From the NCBI GenBank assembly GCA_028023455.1, contig JAQFVV010000003.1, forward strand, positions 16,368,001 to 16,432,000: a stretch of DNA of 64,000 nt. The letters are read 5' to 3'. The first letter of the stretch is position 1, and each line of letters begins with the position of its first letter. Both the position numbers and the translations under genes were made by a program. Positions 1 to 13,276 of this stretch are shown here, piece after piece. Under the pieces are notes generated by a model. The model did not search any database and was not told the origin of the DNA. It worked only from the letters and a program-made list of their open reading frames with translations. The DNA is from Epiperipatus broadwayi. Its lineage: Eukaryota > Animalia > Onychophora.

Positions 1-3000
1 TTGGCCTGAAAGAAAGATGAAGGTATCAGAAGGAAAAGGAGGATTATTAAGAACGTGGGAGTCACAAGAAGTGATACAAGAGCAGTTATATGAACTTAAG
101 GAGAATATCATCCAAGGAGGTAAAGGAGCTGTGAAGGAAGGGCTGAAGAAAAAGGTAGCCCAGATAGTAGGAAATAATAGGGAAGCTGTAAGGGTTATTT
201 TGGATGCTACAGATAAACTAGCCAGGCCAGTAAAGAAGCCACTGTGAGAATGGAAGTAGTGAGGAAGCATCATGGTGACCCCTTAGAGCCCGAACAGTTA
301 GGGAAAGGTAGTTGGACCCACAAGGCAAGGAAACAAGAGAAAACAGCACTGGAGAAATGAGACCTGTCAGACAGTGGCCCATCAAAGAAGGTAAAGAAAT
401 ACAGCAATTAGGAACCAAGGGTGTTTGAGCATCGGGAACAGTGAGGGAGAATGTGGCAGAGTTCTGCCGGAATCAACTGTAAACATGCAGACATACTTAT
501 CAAAGTTTATCCAAGTAAAAGTATTCAAGGCCAAAGTAGGAGAAAGTCCAAGGACCCATATTGAAAGATTGTGAGAGCTATTCTGATTCTAGAAAATGGT
601 ACAGGCAGAGCAGGTCGTTTTTATGACTCACTATCTACAAGGATATGTTCTATCATGGTGGGAGTGTTACATCAAAAAAACCTTTCTTTCAACTAATATA
701 TCATGGCACTGGTAAAGACTTTCTGGAATGAAGACTGACAGGATGAAATCTACCATGCTGTTATCAGAGCAATAAGGGTCTGTTGTCAAAGAAATGCATA
801 CACAGTTCTTCATGAGACAGGTCTCATTTGAGATCCTTAACAGCATTGCCTTTCACTGAGACTCAAATAAGAGCTATCCAGAAGAATATGCCTATACAAG
901 TGCGACAGATGATAGTGGGGTGTCATATAAGGACTAGAGAAGAGATGGCCAAATTTCTTACCAATCATTAATTAAACACCATTTCCCAAGAAGCTTCCAG
1001 AGAAAGTACACCAAACTGAATACCCCAGATGTCAAGTGTCATAACCAGGCAAAACTGAGCTGCAGGGTTCCACATGCATAGGACAGATACCCAAACCAGA
1101 GAAAGAAGGCTATACCAAAATGAGCAGTTATTAATAACCAGATAGTTCCATTAGGCAATTCCCCTTACTGGCCACCCACAAAACTGAAAGGGAATTAAAA
1201 TAATATACCCCAATGAATAGGTACCACAAGACAATGACTGACTAGGTCCAGCCACAGGTAGTGTCAGGCCTTTGTCCCATGGTTGTTGTGAGCATTTATG
1301 ATATAGAAGTGTTAGCCCCGGTAGACACAGGAAGTCAGGTTTCATTTATATCCAAACATTGGTTGGCAGACATAGAGGCACAGGGATATCAAATGACAAA
1401 CTTCTGCTTAGGCAAATGCAGTTGGTCCTTGCGGATGGGAAGGAGACCAAGATTCAAAGTATGGTTAGAAGTGGGATGAGGTTGCCTTTCACTTGGCTAC
1501 ATGTTTCTGATCATGAAAGGTTTGCTGCCAGACATAGTGCTCGGTTATGATTTTTTGAAGACACAGAGGCATCACTGATTTGGAGGAAAATGTGGTAACC
1601 CTGAACCGGGAAGAAGTCAAACGAAGTCATATCCTCACCAATGAGAAGCCAAGCACTGTACCTAGAACCAGACCTTGAAGATCTCAAGATCAGAGAAATC
1701 TCTTGTATTAAAATGGAAGGTGAGAGATTATGGAAAGTTTTGGCGGACATCAGACAGGTTTTCTCCAATACCCCAAGAATAATTAAAGGCTATATTCACC
1801 AAATAAGACTCAAAGAAACGTATTTCCAGTCTTGAACATATCTGAGACCATTCCAATACCAGGAGGCAATAGAAGCCCAGATCTGACAAATAAGAGAATG
1901 GGGAGTAGTCAAGAAGGAACCCTTACCTTATAATAACCTGCTAGTCATTGTGAAGAAAAGAGACAGGTCTATAGGCATATGTCTGGATGCAAAGAAATTA
2001 AACACCATTACCATCCCAGAGATATGTCACAGTGGATATGAAAAATCTTCCCACCTGGTTAGGAAGAAAATCTTTTCTGCACAGGACCTCATGGCAAGAT
2101 ACTGGCAGATGTCACTGGACCCGAGAGACCGCCAGTATATTGCATTCAGATTTAATGGACATACTCGTGTCTTGCAGAGGATTTCTTTTGGACTGATTAA
2201 CAGCCCTGCCAGCCTCATGAGATGTTTGAATCAGACATCAGAAAAGATTCAAAAGCATTTAATCTGCTGCATGGATGATGTCATGGTAGCATCAAAGAAT
2301 CTGTTGGAGCACCTGCAATGCCTAAAGAGGTTCTTTAGAGTGCCAGCAGACAAATATCACTGCGAACCTGAAGAAGTCATTTTGCCCAGCAGGAAATATT
2401 CGTAGGACATATAGTAGATAGATAGGAAGTGTGAACACATCCAGACAAGATCATAGCCATAACAGGCTCACCATTCGGAAATGCATGTGATCCTTCTTGG
2501 ACCTATGCAATTATTGCCATCGATTCTATTCCACCTTCACCCAAGAAACTGCAGGACTGGTTCATTTGATTAAAAAGTGTCACAAAGTGGGAATGGAGTG
2601 AGAAACATGCCAGAGTTTGAAAGAGTGAAGGAATAATTTCTCCACACTGCTATGTTATATCATCCTGATTTTGGGTGGCCATTCTATCTACTGATGGATA
2701 GCAGTTGTATGGGTTTAGGAATGGTACTGTTCCAAGTGAATAGTGAGCAACAGCAATGGGTAATATGCTTCAGCAACAGGGTTTTAAAGTGCCAGAGTTA
2801 AACTACACAGTGACAGAACAGGAGACCTTGGCAATAGTATGGGCCTGTGAAAAATTCAAGCAGTTCCTTTTCAGCACCAAGGTTGTCATTATCACTGATC
2901 ACCGTTGCTTGGAGTTCCTCAACCAGAGCTATCTGACTAATGACTGCCTGGTTAGATGGCGTTTGGCTTTGCAGAGGTTTAACTACCAAGTCTCATATAG

Positions 3001-3130
3001 TCCCAGACTGGAAAACATTGTGGCAGATGTTTTAAGCTGACACCTGGTCACCATCCATCCTGATAACCCTGCTGTGTCCACAGATCTGTTCAGTGTGATG
3101 CAGGTCACAGGGGAACCTGAAGTTCTGATC
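1..3130 (+). mobile_element. Decayed Ty3/gypsy LTR retrotransposon (gag-protease-RT-RNase H; 5' end outside window, truncated before integrase)
   Basis: Gag-like QTYLSKFIQVKVF (~490-540), protease VDTGSQVS (~1320-1345), RT KKRDRSIGICLDAKKLN...YWQM...CMDDVMV (1950-2290), RNase H NYTVTEQETLAIVW...TDHRCL...NIVADVLS (2800-3037). Many stops and frameshifts. Clearly homologous to the 60755-64000 element. Confidence 0.93.
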
Positions 3131-3514
3131 CATCATGGAGGCAATTCTAAATTTTCAGAACTTTCTAATTATACATAATAAAATCATTACATAAAAGACA
3201 TTGCACATATATTTTAATAAAGGTTTTCTGTTTTATCAAATATTTATATTATTATTACTGCTTTGTAATTAGTGGATAAAGTAAACTGTATCTTATGATT
3301 GCCCAAGCTAAAGTCTGTAATTGCAAGTACTAAGATATAAAAGCCATTACAATAAAGATATGCAAACAATGAATTATTAAAAATTAATTGCAAATTATAT
3401 GAACTTCAAAAATCATAATTCAATTTATATACGTAAACATAGTGGGCATGCTAGAGAATAATTTAGGCAAAACTGTAGTAAATTCTTTCACTGCCCTGTA
3501 CAAATAGCCTATTG

Positions 3515-3575
3515 TCAGATTGACAGACTCAAGAATCAAAAGTTCCTGGATTGATTCCCAGCTGAGAAAAGTGAG
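3515..3575 (+). mobile_element. Possible tRNA-derived SINE remnant
   Basis: Degenerate B-box-like TTCCTGGATTGATTCC (GGTTCGATTCC after CpG decay). The 15-mer TTCCTGGATTGATTC and GACTCAAGAAT recur at ~29769-29800. Confidence 0.3.
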
Positions 3576-4168
3576 TTAAAAATAAAAAACAAATATTAGT
3601 GCATTACTTTAGTATTAAATTATGCAATTATTGTTATTAATAATGATGATAATTCTGTCACTGAAATATATTGAATTAAAATCACCAAGAATGCATTAAG
3701 ATTGTGTTTAATATTTTCAATGCAGTTCCAAATGTATTTCCTTTAATTGATTAGTTATTATAAATTCTTTCACCTATCCTTATTACAAATTAATTTTAAC
3801 ATGTATAGAATGTAATTTATGACAATTTAATCTACATAATGAACCCCTATTACATAACAGAATTTCAGGACAAAATGACTCCCATCAGATGCATTGTAGA
3901 AGTGAATTTATTTCTACAAGTTATGAGATGAAATACCAATTGGAGAACATATATATACACATTATAAAGTTTATATACGTAGATGAATATGCAAAAGTAC
4001 ATTAATTAATACATATATGTATACTTTTATATATGTAAATATATGTAAAGTTTATTATGCATGCATATACTATTTATAAAATAAAAATATTACAATTTTA
4101 ACATTCAAAAAAAATAAAAATGAATGTAACATCACATGATCACCATTTCCTATGCTTGCTTATAACTG

Positions 4169-4360
4169 TTAACAAAACAGGCAAATCTCTCTATACATAT
4201 TGCCACTCATTGCAAGCCAGAGTAATCAATGGATGCCAGAAGGCATGTGCATAAAATCCCCATCTAGTGCCTACTCATCCAATATCCCCAGATTAGTTTC
4301 TGATTATTCTGGCTTGCAATGAGTGGCAATATGTATAGAAACTTTTGCCTGTTTTGTTAA
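4169..4360. repeat. Inverted repeat / MITE-like foldback, 60-bp arms, 72-nt spacer
   Basis: 4169-4228 (TTAACAAAACAGGCAAATCTCTCTATACATATTGCCACTCATTGCAAGCCAGAGTAATCA) is the near-perfect reverse complement of 4301-4360. A related single-arm copy occurs at ~12487-12560. Confidence 0.9.
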
Positions 4361-4557
4361 AAATAAATGTAATTAATCCTCATAAAAACTGAAAATACAT
4401 AAAAAAAAGTAAAAACATATAAATACAAAATTTAGACCATGATTTATTTTTAATTATATCAAAAATAAATAATTTTTAAAAATAGTATAACTATGAAGGT
4501 GGTATACACAAGATACACATATGTATACATATGTATTTAATATTAATACATAAGCAT

Positions 4558-4626
4558 ATTTTGCATATTATACACACATACATTCAGGCTACATTTTGCA
4601 TATTATACACACATACATTCAGGCTA
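4558..4626. repeat. Tandem duplication, 35-bp period
   Basis: ATTTTGCATATTATACACACATACATTCAGGCTA occurs at 4558-4591 and 4593-4626. Confidence 0.9.
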
Positions 4627-7518
4627 TTAAAAAATGCTACTGATGGTAGTTCTTAATATGAAAAAATATCATCTATATTGATGTGGATAGTGTATTATTT
4701 GATACAGAGAGCTCAGTAATTTTTTTTTATCAAAGACAGCTACTACATTGTGCATCTTGCAGTAAAAAAAAAAAATTACTCATGTCATATATTGTTATGA
4801 AGAATACATTCAATGTTAGGTTTAAATGAAGAATTACAAAAACTTTTAACAAGAGATTTTGAAAAATAACCAGAATTAAAACTCAGCAAGATCTCATACA
4901 GACTTCTTTTCAAATATTGTAAATCTTTTACCTCACTAATCAGTCATTCATGCTAACATTCAACTGCAGCGTTTGGGATCAGATTTTGGAAATGGCAAAG
5001 AGGTCATTCTGAGTCTAGTCTCTTTGCAGAAACTACTCAATCTTGTTTTTTTGTTATAAACTGTTGATAAAAACATTTAGCTTATTATAATCACTTATAA
5101 ATACCATGCATATATATAAGCATTCTAATTTTGCACATGTGGATGCAAACATGAATATATACATACTGTGATTATTGGAAATCATCATATGGGTTGCTTG
5201 GGAAAAACAGCTAAAATAAGTTAAAGTTAAGTACAGATCAGCAAGATTAAAAAAGATAAAACTAATGATAATATGTCATAATTAAGAAAGGATTAAAAAG
5301 TTACCAATTAAATGTTAAATTATAAACAGTTATGAATTGCTTTAATAACTGAAATGTTTATTCAGAGCCTATTAATCATTAGTCTATTCATAGTGCTATT
5401 CGTGGCCTTACATGAGCAATCTTGAATATACATAGTTTTGTAATGTGGGCTCATGAAGGTAGCTGAACCATCTATTTAATATTTTTTTGAGGGGGAAAAG
5501 TTTCATTGTCATATAATATAGTTTGTTTAATTAATGTCATATTCTCAAATAAGTATTAATTTGAAAATAAGTTATGATCCAAGTTATTGAAAAGTAATAA
5601 ATACTATGTTAAAGAAGCATTGCACAAATAATTCTTAAAAGTTTACATATTGTTAAAGATTAAAAAATATATTTTTTCTTTATGATTCATGAATAAGAAA
5701 GCACATCATTTTAAAAAATGAGATAATTAAAACAAGAATGTCCTAGGCAGATAAGAAAATGACTTGCGAGCTTTTGAAAACTAAATTTTTTGATCAACAG
5801 GTAATATTGTAAAATAAGACATAAAACTATTTTTCAATTAGCTGAATCAATTATAATTGTTCATTAGTTGTCTCTAATCATTATTAGCTATCTAGTATAA
5901 AGAAATGAGTGAGAATTTTGACAAAAAGATAACTCAAGTATAAGGGTTATAAAATTGACAATTATCATCAACTAATTCCAACAAGATATTAATTATGCCA
6001 ATGGGCATTGAGAAAAGTGCTTTTTAATATATTCTTTAACCAAAGTGACTATATTCTATGTAGAAAGTATCATAGTCTATCAGCTCTTAGAAGTATATCA
6101 CATTTATATTATATAATTGCTTGAAGAAAAGGACGCCATGCTATAAAATCTAGAATAAACACTGACATGATAGTCTGCTGCTTGTACGATTAAATAACAT
6201 GTTAGCCTGCACTACAAGCCTGATCTGACGAATTACCTATCTGAAATATAAGTAGAAAAACTAGCATTATAGTGAAGTTATGAAATAATTCAAAGAATAA
6301 TCTTTATAAGAATTATAAAATCTTCAATTTTATCTCAAATTTGAACTATTAAACTGATAGTGTCATCTCAACCCAAGAAAAAAAAATCCATTTATTTAAA
6401 TATGATGCACAGCTTTAATGATTGTTATATTTTGGAAAAAATATGGCTTTAGTAACTGTAATTTGTATAAATATAAAGCTAGGATTTATGACTCCAGAAA
6501 AAATAGAAAAGATTAAAAACGTAAATAGAAAGATATTGTGAATTAAAAGCAATGAAAAAAGATTGCTGTAAGATAAAAGAAATGTGAATAATAATGCAGG
6601 AAAGACCCAATAGATTTAAATATAGAAAAGGCTAATATTGTTTAGATTAGAACATTAATCTATTTAAAACTAATCAAACAAAAGAATAAATATTTGAAGG
6701 ACTAATCGCAGAGGAATATGCATGTAAGCACTTAACGCTTGACAATAATTTGAGAAAAGATATATTGCTGCAGGGGGGGGGGGCGTAGCCTAATAGAAAT
6801 AGCTATTATCTTCTATAATAATTAATACTGGATATTACACTGCGAAAAGGAAGCAACAGGATGTGCTTAAATATATATATATGTATTGAAACAGGAATAT
6901 TTCTGCTAATTCTATATAAACTTATCATGAATCACACTATTAGGATTAACCTAATCACAAAATAATAATGATGATCAAACCCAGCACCATTTCATTTGCA
7001 AGTATGATGCAACTAAATCTTTTAGTGATAATAGTAACATTTCCAAGATTCATTAACCATTTGTAATCCTGCTCTATATTAGCTAAAATTATTAGAGACA
7101 ATTTTATTTATACTTAAATCCTTTCCTGTTAGCATTTCCAGTTTTAAGCACAAATAAAATAATGATTGCATACATATAAAAATCTTTAAATAAACAAATA
7201 CATATTTTGGAGATAAGACATAGAAAGAAAAAAGGAAATAAAATATATTCTCGTTACAAAATCTTATTAATCTGAAATGGGAAAACTTTCATAAGAAAAT
7301 CCTCCCCTTCACAACACACAAGAAAAGAAAAAAAGAAATCTAAATCTCTAAAAAAGATTAAAAATGAACATTCTATGATAAGAATATTAAAAATAAATAT
7401 TATTAAACCTGGCTTTTTTAAAGAAATTTAAATAAATAAACCTATTAATAATAAATTGATTTAAGATTTTATATACACACATGTATTATATATAGTCACA
7501 TCATTGAAGTATATCTGT

Positions 7519-7594
7519 AACAAATTTGAAGACTTCTTTTCTTGAGTTGAAATGTCAACAAATTTGAAGACTTCTTTTCTTGAGTTGAAATGTC
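7519..7594. repeat. Perfect 38-bp tandem duplication
   Basis: AACAAATTTGAAGACTTCTTTTCTTGAGTTGAAATGTC occurs twice (7519-7556, 7557-7594). Confidence 0.95.
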
Positions 7595-9009
7595 TTAAGT
7601 TAATCTAAAACATGATCCATTTGCACTAGGATTCTGAGAGGATAGACTATTCCTAAATCAGTTATTATATCAGGTTTTAATCATTATGTTTCAAAAAGTA
7701 ATTCAGTCAGTTATAGTTATGGAAAAGATCAATATATCAACTAATCATATAAGCAACAGACTATCAGTTTAGGGCTTCTTCTCTTGGGTCTTATATCATG
7801 GCATCCTTCCATTTATGAGAGCCTAAAAAAATATGAAGGCTAATGAAAGGCACACATCTGGAGACCTTCATCTAGCTATGACTTTGATTAAAAATGGCAT
7901 AAATGTTAGAAATCTTAACTTAAGTTAGAAATATATTTCCAAGTACTTTTCTTATTGTTAGATTATTTTCTTCTGTGGAACTTGATCATACATTTACCCT
8001 GTTGTCATGATCAGTGTCCAATGCTAGAATCAGATGATGAAAATTGTCAAGTTTATGATCTCTCTAATTTGAAGTCTCTCCCTGCTGCAGAATTCTTCTT
8101 CATTTCCAGATATTGATTAGAATGAATAACTCAATAATAGAAAGACTGAAAACATTTTCATTCTCCTTTTATGGATGGGTTACCTATTAATCAAATAGTA
8201 TTTTCTTTTTTCTAAAGCTCAGGAGCCAGCCTATCCATTTAATTAATGTTTTTCCATAAAACTTCTTAATCTTTTAACCCTGCTCATTACATGATTTAGC
8301 CACCTCACTTTCTTATTGATACATCTTATAAAAAATCTTAACAGTTTTCAATAATTTTATAAGTTGTAATTTTATTCCATTAATTTTAGTAATTACTTGA
8401 ACAATGTTTTTAATTTTTTTTTCTTTATCAATAATTCAAACTGTGATTTAACATTTTAAAACTGCCATTTAAGTTATATATTTGGCAAATATATTATTAA
8501 AAGGTAAACTTCTAACTAAATAGCAATACCATATTTAACCACAAAATTGAATATCCATTCCATAATGAAATCATTATACAGATGGTTGTACATATTTATC
8601 GTTTTTATTACAAATTTATGTATATACTAGCATTATTTCACATTCAACAAAAATGGTTCCAAAAATAGATAATATCCCATGTTTCAAGTTAAAAATACAA
8701 AATAATTTGAATAAAATATACAAAACTATTTGGAATATCTTTGCCCCCTCCCCCAATCCAAAAAAAACAAAAAACAAAAACAACAAATAGGAGACAATAC
8801 TCTAATATTTAACTCTTTTTGACCATGATATAACAACAGGTAATGACCCTATCCCTTCAATTTTTAACCTTACTAACTTACACTTAAATTTAAACTAATC
8901 TTAAGCTGTTGTTTCCATTATCAACCTTGCAATTTTATTCTCAATAGACACAATATATATTAAATAAATGGTGGGTTTGAAGTTGATATTTTATATCTAG
9001 TAGTGTCTG

Positions 9010-9076
9010 AATATTCTAGCTCCTCACTGAGGTGAGCCAAAAGCTCGAAACCAATTGGTCTGAGGCTGGGAATGTT
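9010..9076 (+). ncRNA. Type I hammerhead ribozyme motif (Penelope-like minimal variant; one core deviation, A9->U)
   Basis: Stem I 5' arm (..ATTCTAGCTCCTCA) - CTGAGGT - stem II GAGC/CAAAA/GCTC - GAA - palindromic stem III ACCAATTGGT - C17 (GUC at 9058-9060) - stem I 3' arm TGAGGCTGGGAATGTT. Confidence 0.75.
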
Positions 9077-10140
9077 ATAGATAGAGATTTTGAATATTTT
9101 TCTCTTACCGCACTTATCAATTAAGAGCTTGCTTGAGCTATTTGTACACTTCCTATATTACACATTTGTAAATACAAACTCATAAAAGCAATATCATGCT
9201 ATACATGACTTGCTTTATTGATTATACATATTGATTATACATATATATATGTATTGTTTTGTTGACATATTTTGAACATGAATGGCTTTCATTTCAATTA
9301 ATGATTTAAAATTAAAAGCAATAACAAATTACCTCTAACAAATGTGCCTTTTTTATTCTTTTCCCTTAACATATGTAAATAACATCTCTTTACAAGTATA
9401 TATTTCCAATTTGAAAACAATCTTTTATCTTCCCCGTTCCTACTTTCTCAATAGAGAAATTTCAGTATAGTTATTCACAAATTCATATATTAGTTATTAG
9501 CTATCACAGATGATCTCTTAATTTGCCTATTCTTTCCTCTATTCTTCTTCCAATATTTCAATTTGAAAAAATTTCTTACTTTCCTCTCTTCCATTTTTTC
9601 AAATAATGGCTATTTAAAAATTCATACATCAGTTATGTGCTATCACAGAGCTCACATAACATTTCAAGCAATTTTCTAATTCTTCCTCTATTCTTCTTTC
9701 AATATTCGTAAGTACTTCCCCTTCCTTAATGATCATCTAATAATATCTTGTTTCTGACATTTCATCCATTTAACTTAATATCATTTTATCTCTAAAAGCA
9801 TTGGAGTATTGCATTTTGTTTGTGTATGTTTAAATATATATACATATTTGTCCATATACACAATGATATATACTTGCATATAAATTGTGAAATCATTTAT
9901 ATGCATGTCTAAATAGCAAGCAAGTATGTGTGCATAAATACACATATGTACATAGCACTTAAATGTGTGAATATTGCACATATATGGTATGTCAATATAT
10001 AAACATATAAATTCACAATACACATATGAAAAATGTTTAAAAATTGATATAAAAAAAAAAGGTAATATTTTACACAAAATAAGTATTAGTTTGTGTGCCG
10101 ATTTTTTTGATTAAATAGTTATAATACTTATAGGAAAAGT

Positions 10141-10293
10141 TCAACAAACTGGTACAACTGCAATTTTCGGCTGAATACCAAACTTCTTCATATATGATAA
10201 AACTTGCTGAGGTACTTCAGCCAGAACATCCTTAGCAAGACGAGCTTGACTCATTTGATAATTATTTGTAATATATTCACGTAATGGAACAAA
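10141..10293 (-). CDS. CPNE: Copine, terminal coding exon ([50 protein letters not shown])
   Basis: Polypyrimidine-AG acceptor at 10294-10295, phase 0, TGA at 10141-10143. Matches the copine C-terminal motif FVPFR...[14 protein letters not shown]. Confidence 0.96.
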   Translation of the reverse strand, partial: FVPLREYITNNYQMSQARLAKDVLAEVPQQVLSYMKKFGIQPKIAVVPVC

Positions 10294-13202
10294 CTAAAAA
10301 ATATAAATGTAAAATAAATCATTTGGTAATATTTGAGCATTAATATGTCTTCACTAACATTATAGACCACACTCATAAAATAAATATAACCATTCTAATT
10401 CTAAAGTGAAAAAAAGAGAGAAAGAGAATAAAAAGTTAACTAGTGAAAAGTGAATGAAATATTTTCATTGCATGCTAAACCTTTAATCTGCTTATAAGAT
10501 ATTTTACAATATCATTCTTTAATTTCTTCTACACCATTTTCTTACCTAAAATAATTCAGTACCAAGCGTAATTATAACCTTCCATTGTACTCTCCTGTGT
10601 CATATTATCTCAGTAAAAATAATTAATACTGTACCTCATTATTATCTCTGCAATAATCTTTATGTTTGAAAAAGTGTCCACTCCTTCGTGAAAACCATAC
10701 ATAAGTTCATCATAAAATACTTTGTACAAAGTTCATTAAATACCGTTATCCATTTCATATGTCAAATACAACAGATGCAATGTTATAATTGTAGAATAAT
10801 TCAGCCTTTTGATGCAAAGTATAGGAAGAACAACTAGGAAGAACTTTTGAAAACTATTAATGAAAATTTAAGCATGTGTGCTATAAGATAATTTTGAAAA
10901 CAAGTGATCATATTAATAATAATAAAAAAATTCTATCCATCAAGTAATGTTTTTTCTTAAACCCTCAATAATCATCAATTGCATGAGTATTATTAAAACA
11001 AGCAAAAAAAATAAGATTAAAATCCAAAGAAACTGAAAAACAATATGTATATAAGTTTGATTGGCTAAATAACTTTGGATAATTTGTTCAAAGATGAAAG
11101 TAGAAATTATAAAATTATCTTGCCACTACTATTATATATATATATATTTTTTTTTAAATCAATAAATTTGGAAAAATTTCTCTAATATTTCCACTTAATT
11201 TATTATTGAAAATTTTCTCATTTGGTTCAGAATTTATTATAGCCTTATTTCTGTCACTGCTAATTTAAAAATTGAAATATATATTAACTGCCAGACTCTT
11301 AAGAAGAGCACATACATTCTAATGCTGGAAACTGATAATTTACATCAATAAATCTCCAGTAATTTATAGATATCAATTATAATCAAATATTTTTTCTATA
11401 AAAGTTTATCAATGTATCACATTTTATATTTAACCCAAATCCATAATCTACAATCTTATATCTTCTTTCTTAACCATCAACTTATTTCAATATTTCATTA
11501 TCATTATGCAGTTATTTTTGTATTCATTTCCAATTTCTTTATAAACCTCAGTTTTTTTCATCATCATGTTTGCTAGTTAGCCTATACAACTTTCTTAATT
11601 ATTAAATCTTTTAAAACAATTTTCAATATTCCAGGTTCTAGGACCAGAATTATAAATTCTCACTTCATAAACTATTCATCTTGTTCCACTGAAATTCATT
11701 ATATCTGTTTTTTTAATCATTTATTTCTAATAATAGATTTTTATATTTTCTGATTTAATTTAAAACTTTAACATTGTATGTAACACTTTCTAATATTATT
11801 TTTTTAAATTTAAAGATTAGGGAATTAAATTAATGTGCTCTATTTTAAGAAACAAAACTCTTCTTGGAATATTATTTCCTTTGTTTTCATTGACATCTTC
11901 AAGCATTTTAGCAATTTTGCTGTAAGTGTAGAATGCCATTACATTTTGTTAATGTTTTTTAGAAGAGCAAATACTTGCTATAAAAAAGATGTCATCACTG
12001 ATGATAAAGTGTTTACTAAATATATAAACCAGTATGGTGGTGTCAATAAATATTGCTACTTTTCTGCTGGTTCTCCAGAGTTTTGTAATTTTGTGAGACT
12101 TATTAAAGGTGAAATATTAATTTTGATTTAAATTAGATTAAGGCAAAGTTAATTAAAGTTAAGTTTATTAATTTTAAGAGATTATTATTTTCTCTAATAA
12201 TCAATGTATTATGTTTAACTTGCCTTGAATTGCCAGATGGTAAAGAATTAGCTTAAATAGCATAAATAAACAGATAGTTATTGGATGCGGCAATGCATGC
12301 AAATTGATGCTACTTACCGAAACAAGTATGGGAATCTATTTAACACTACTATCTGGTTAACATTAATCATTCATGCTTTACAAAGATGGTTCTGATATGA
12401 GAAATAAACTGACTACTGGTAAAAAAAAAAAAATCACTAATTTTGAAGATTAACTTTTTAGAGTATATTTATTCTAAGCCAATAAACATCACATGACCAC
12501 CACCTCTTATGTTTGTATATAACTGTTATTAAAACAGGCAAAACTCACTATACATATTGCTACATTTATTCTATGGAGGGATTTCTTTTGGGTAGTGACT
12601 GATATGCTTCAATTGCTGCAAAGTTCTTGTATTTTTATTTCTGGATTTATGCTATTATAGGCTGGTGCTTTTCGTCAGAATCATTTCTATTAATGTAACA
12701 TTTATCACAGGATTTATTACTAAAAATGATAAGTTACTGGTCTGAAACTATATTATTTTCAATAGCAAATATGTAGTAACAGCTTTAGAGAAAAGATACT
12801 GCATTGGTTCAGAGAAACAACAAGAAATAATTGTCCAATGGAATCTCAATAATCACCTACAGCATATCAGAATTTAATATGTCGCAAGTGTATAAAGCAG
12901 ATAGTCCATCATTGATAAGAAATGCCACAGCAAATAGACCATAAGTGCTCCATTTTTTGGCTGAAATCTTATTCTGAATTTTCATCAATTTTGAAGAATA
13001 ATTATAGATATATTGCTATGATAATGTAATATACAGGCTAACATTACATATCATCTGGCCAAAGGACTGAATAAAATATTAAAGAACTCTATTCATTAGT
13101 AAAATATAATTTAAAAAAGCAAAATACATTTTTTTTAAAAAAAAAAATCTAACTTGTAATGTGATTTACATAAAAAATCAAAACACACAAAGCAGTACTT
13201 AC

Positions 13203-13276
13203 TTGTACAATATCTCGTTCAGCAAATACACCATGAGATGATATTTTAATATTATCACCATCTAATTCTTCCATAC
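13203..13276 (-). CDS. CPNE: Copine exon (S|MEELDGDNIKISSHGVFAERDIVQ)
   Basis: AG acceptor and GTAAGT donor, 74 nt. Carries the copine signature M.ELDGD...SS.G..AERDIVQ and is phase-compatible with both neighbours. Confidence 0.97.

Noticed and set aside
6225-6250. CTGACGA...GAAAT as a hammerhead core
   Set aside because: The intervening bases cannot form stem II, and no stem III/NUH is present.
10141-10155. C-terminal ..VVPVC* of copine as a prenylation (CaaX) signal
   Set aside because: The Cys is the last residue, not fourth from the end, and it is not a CC or CXC motif.
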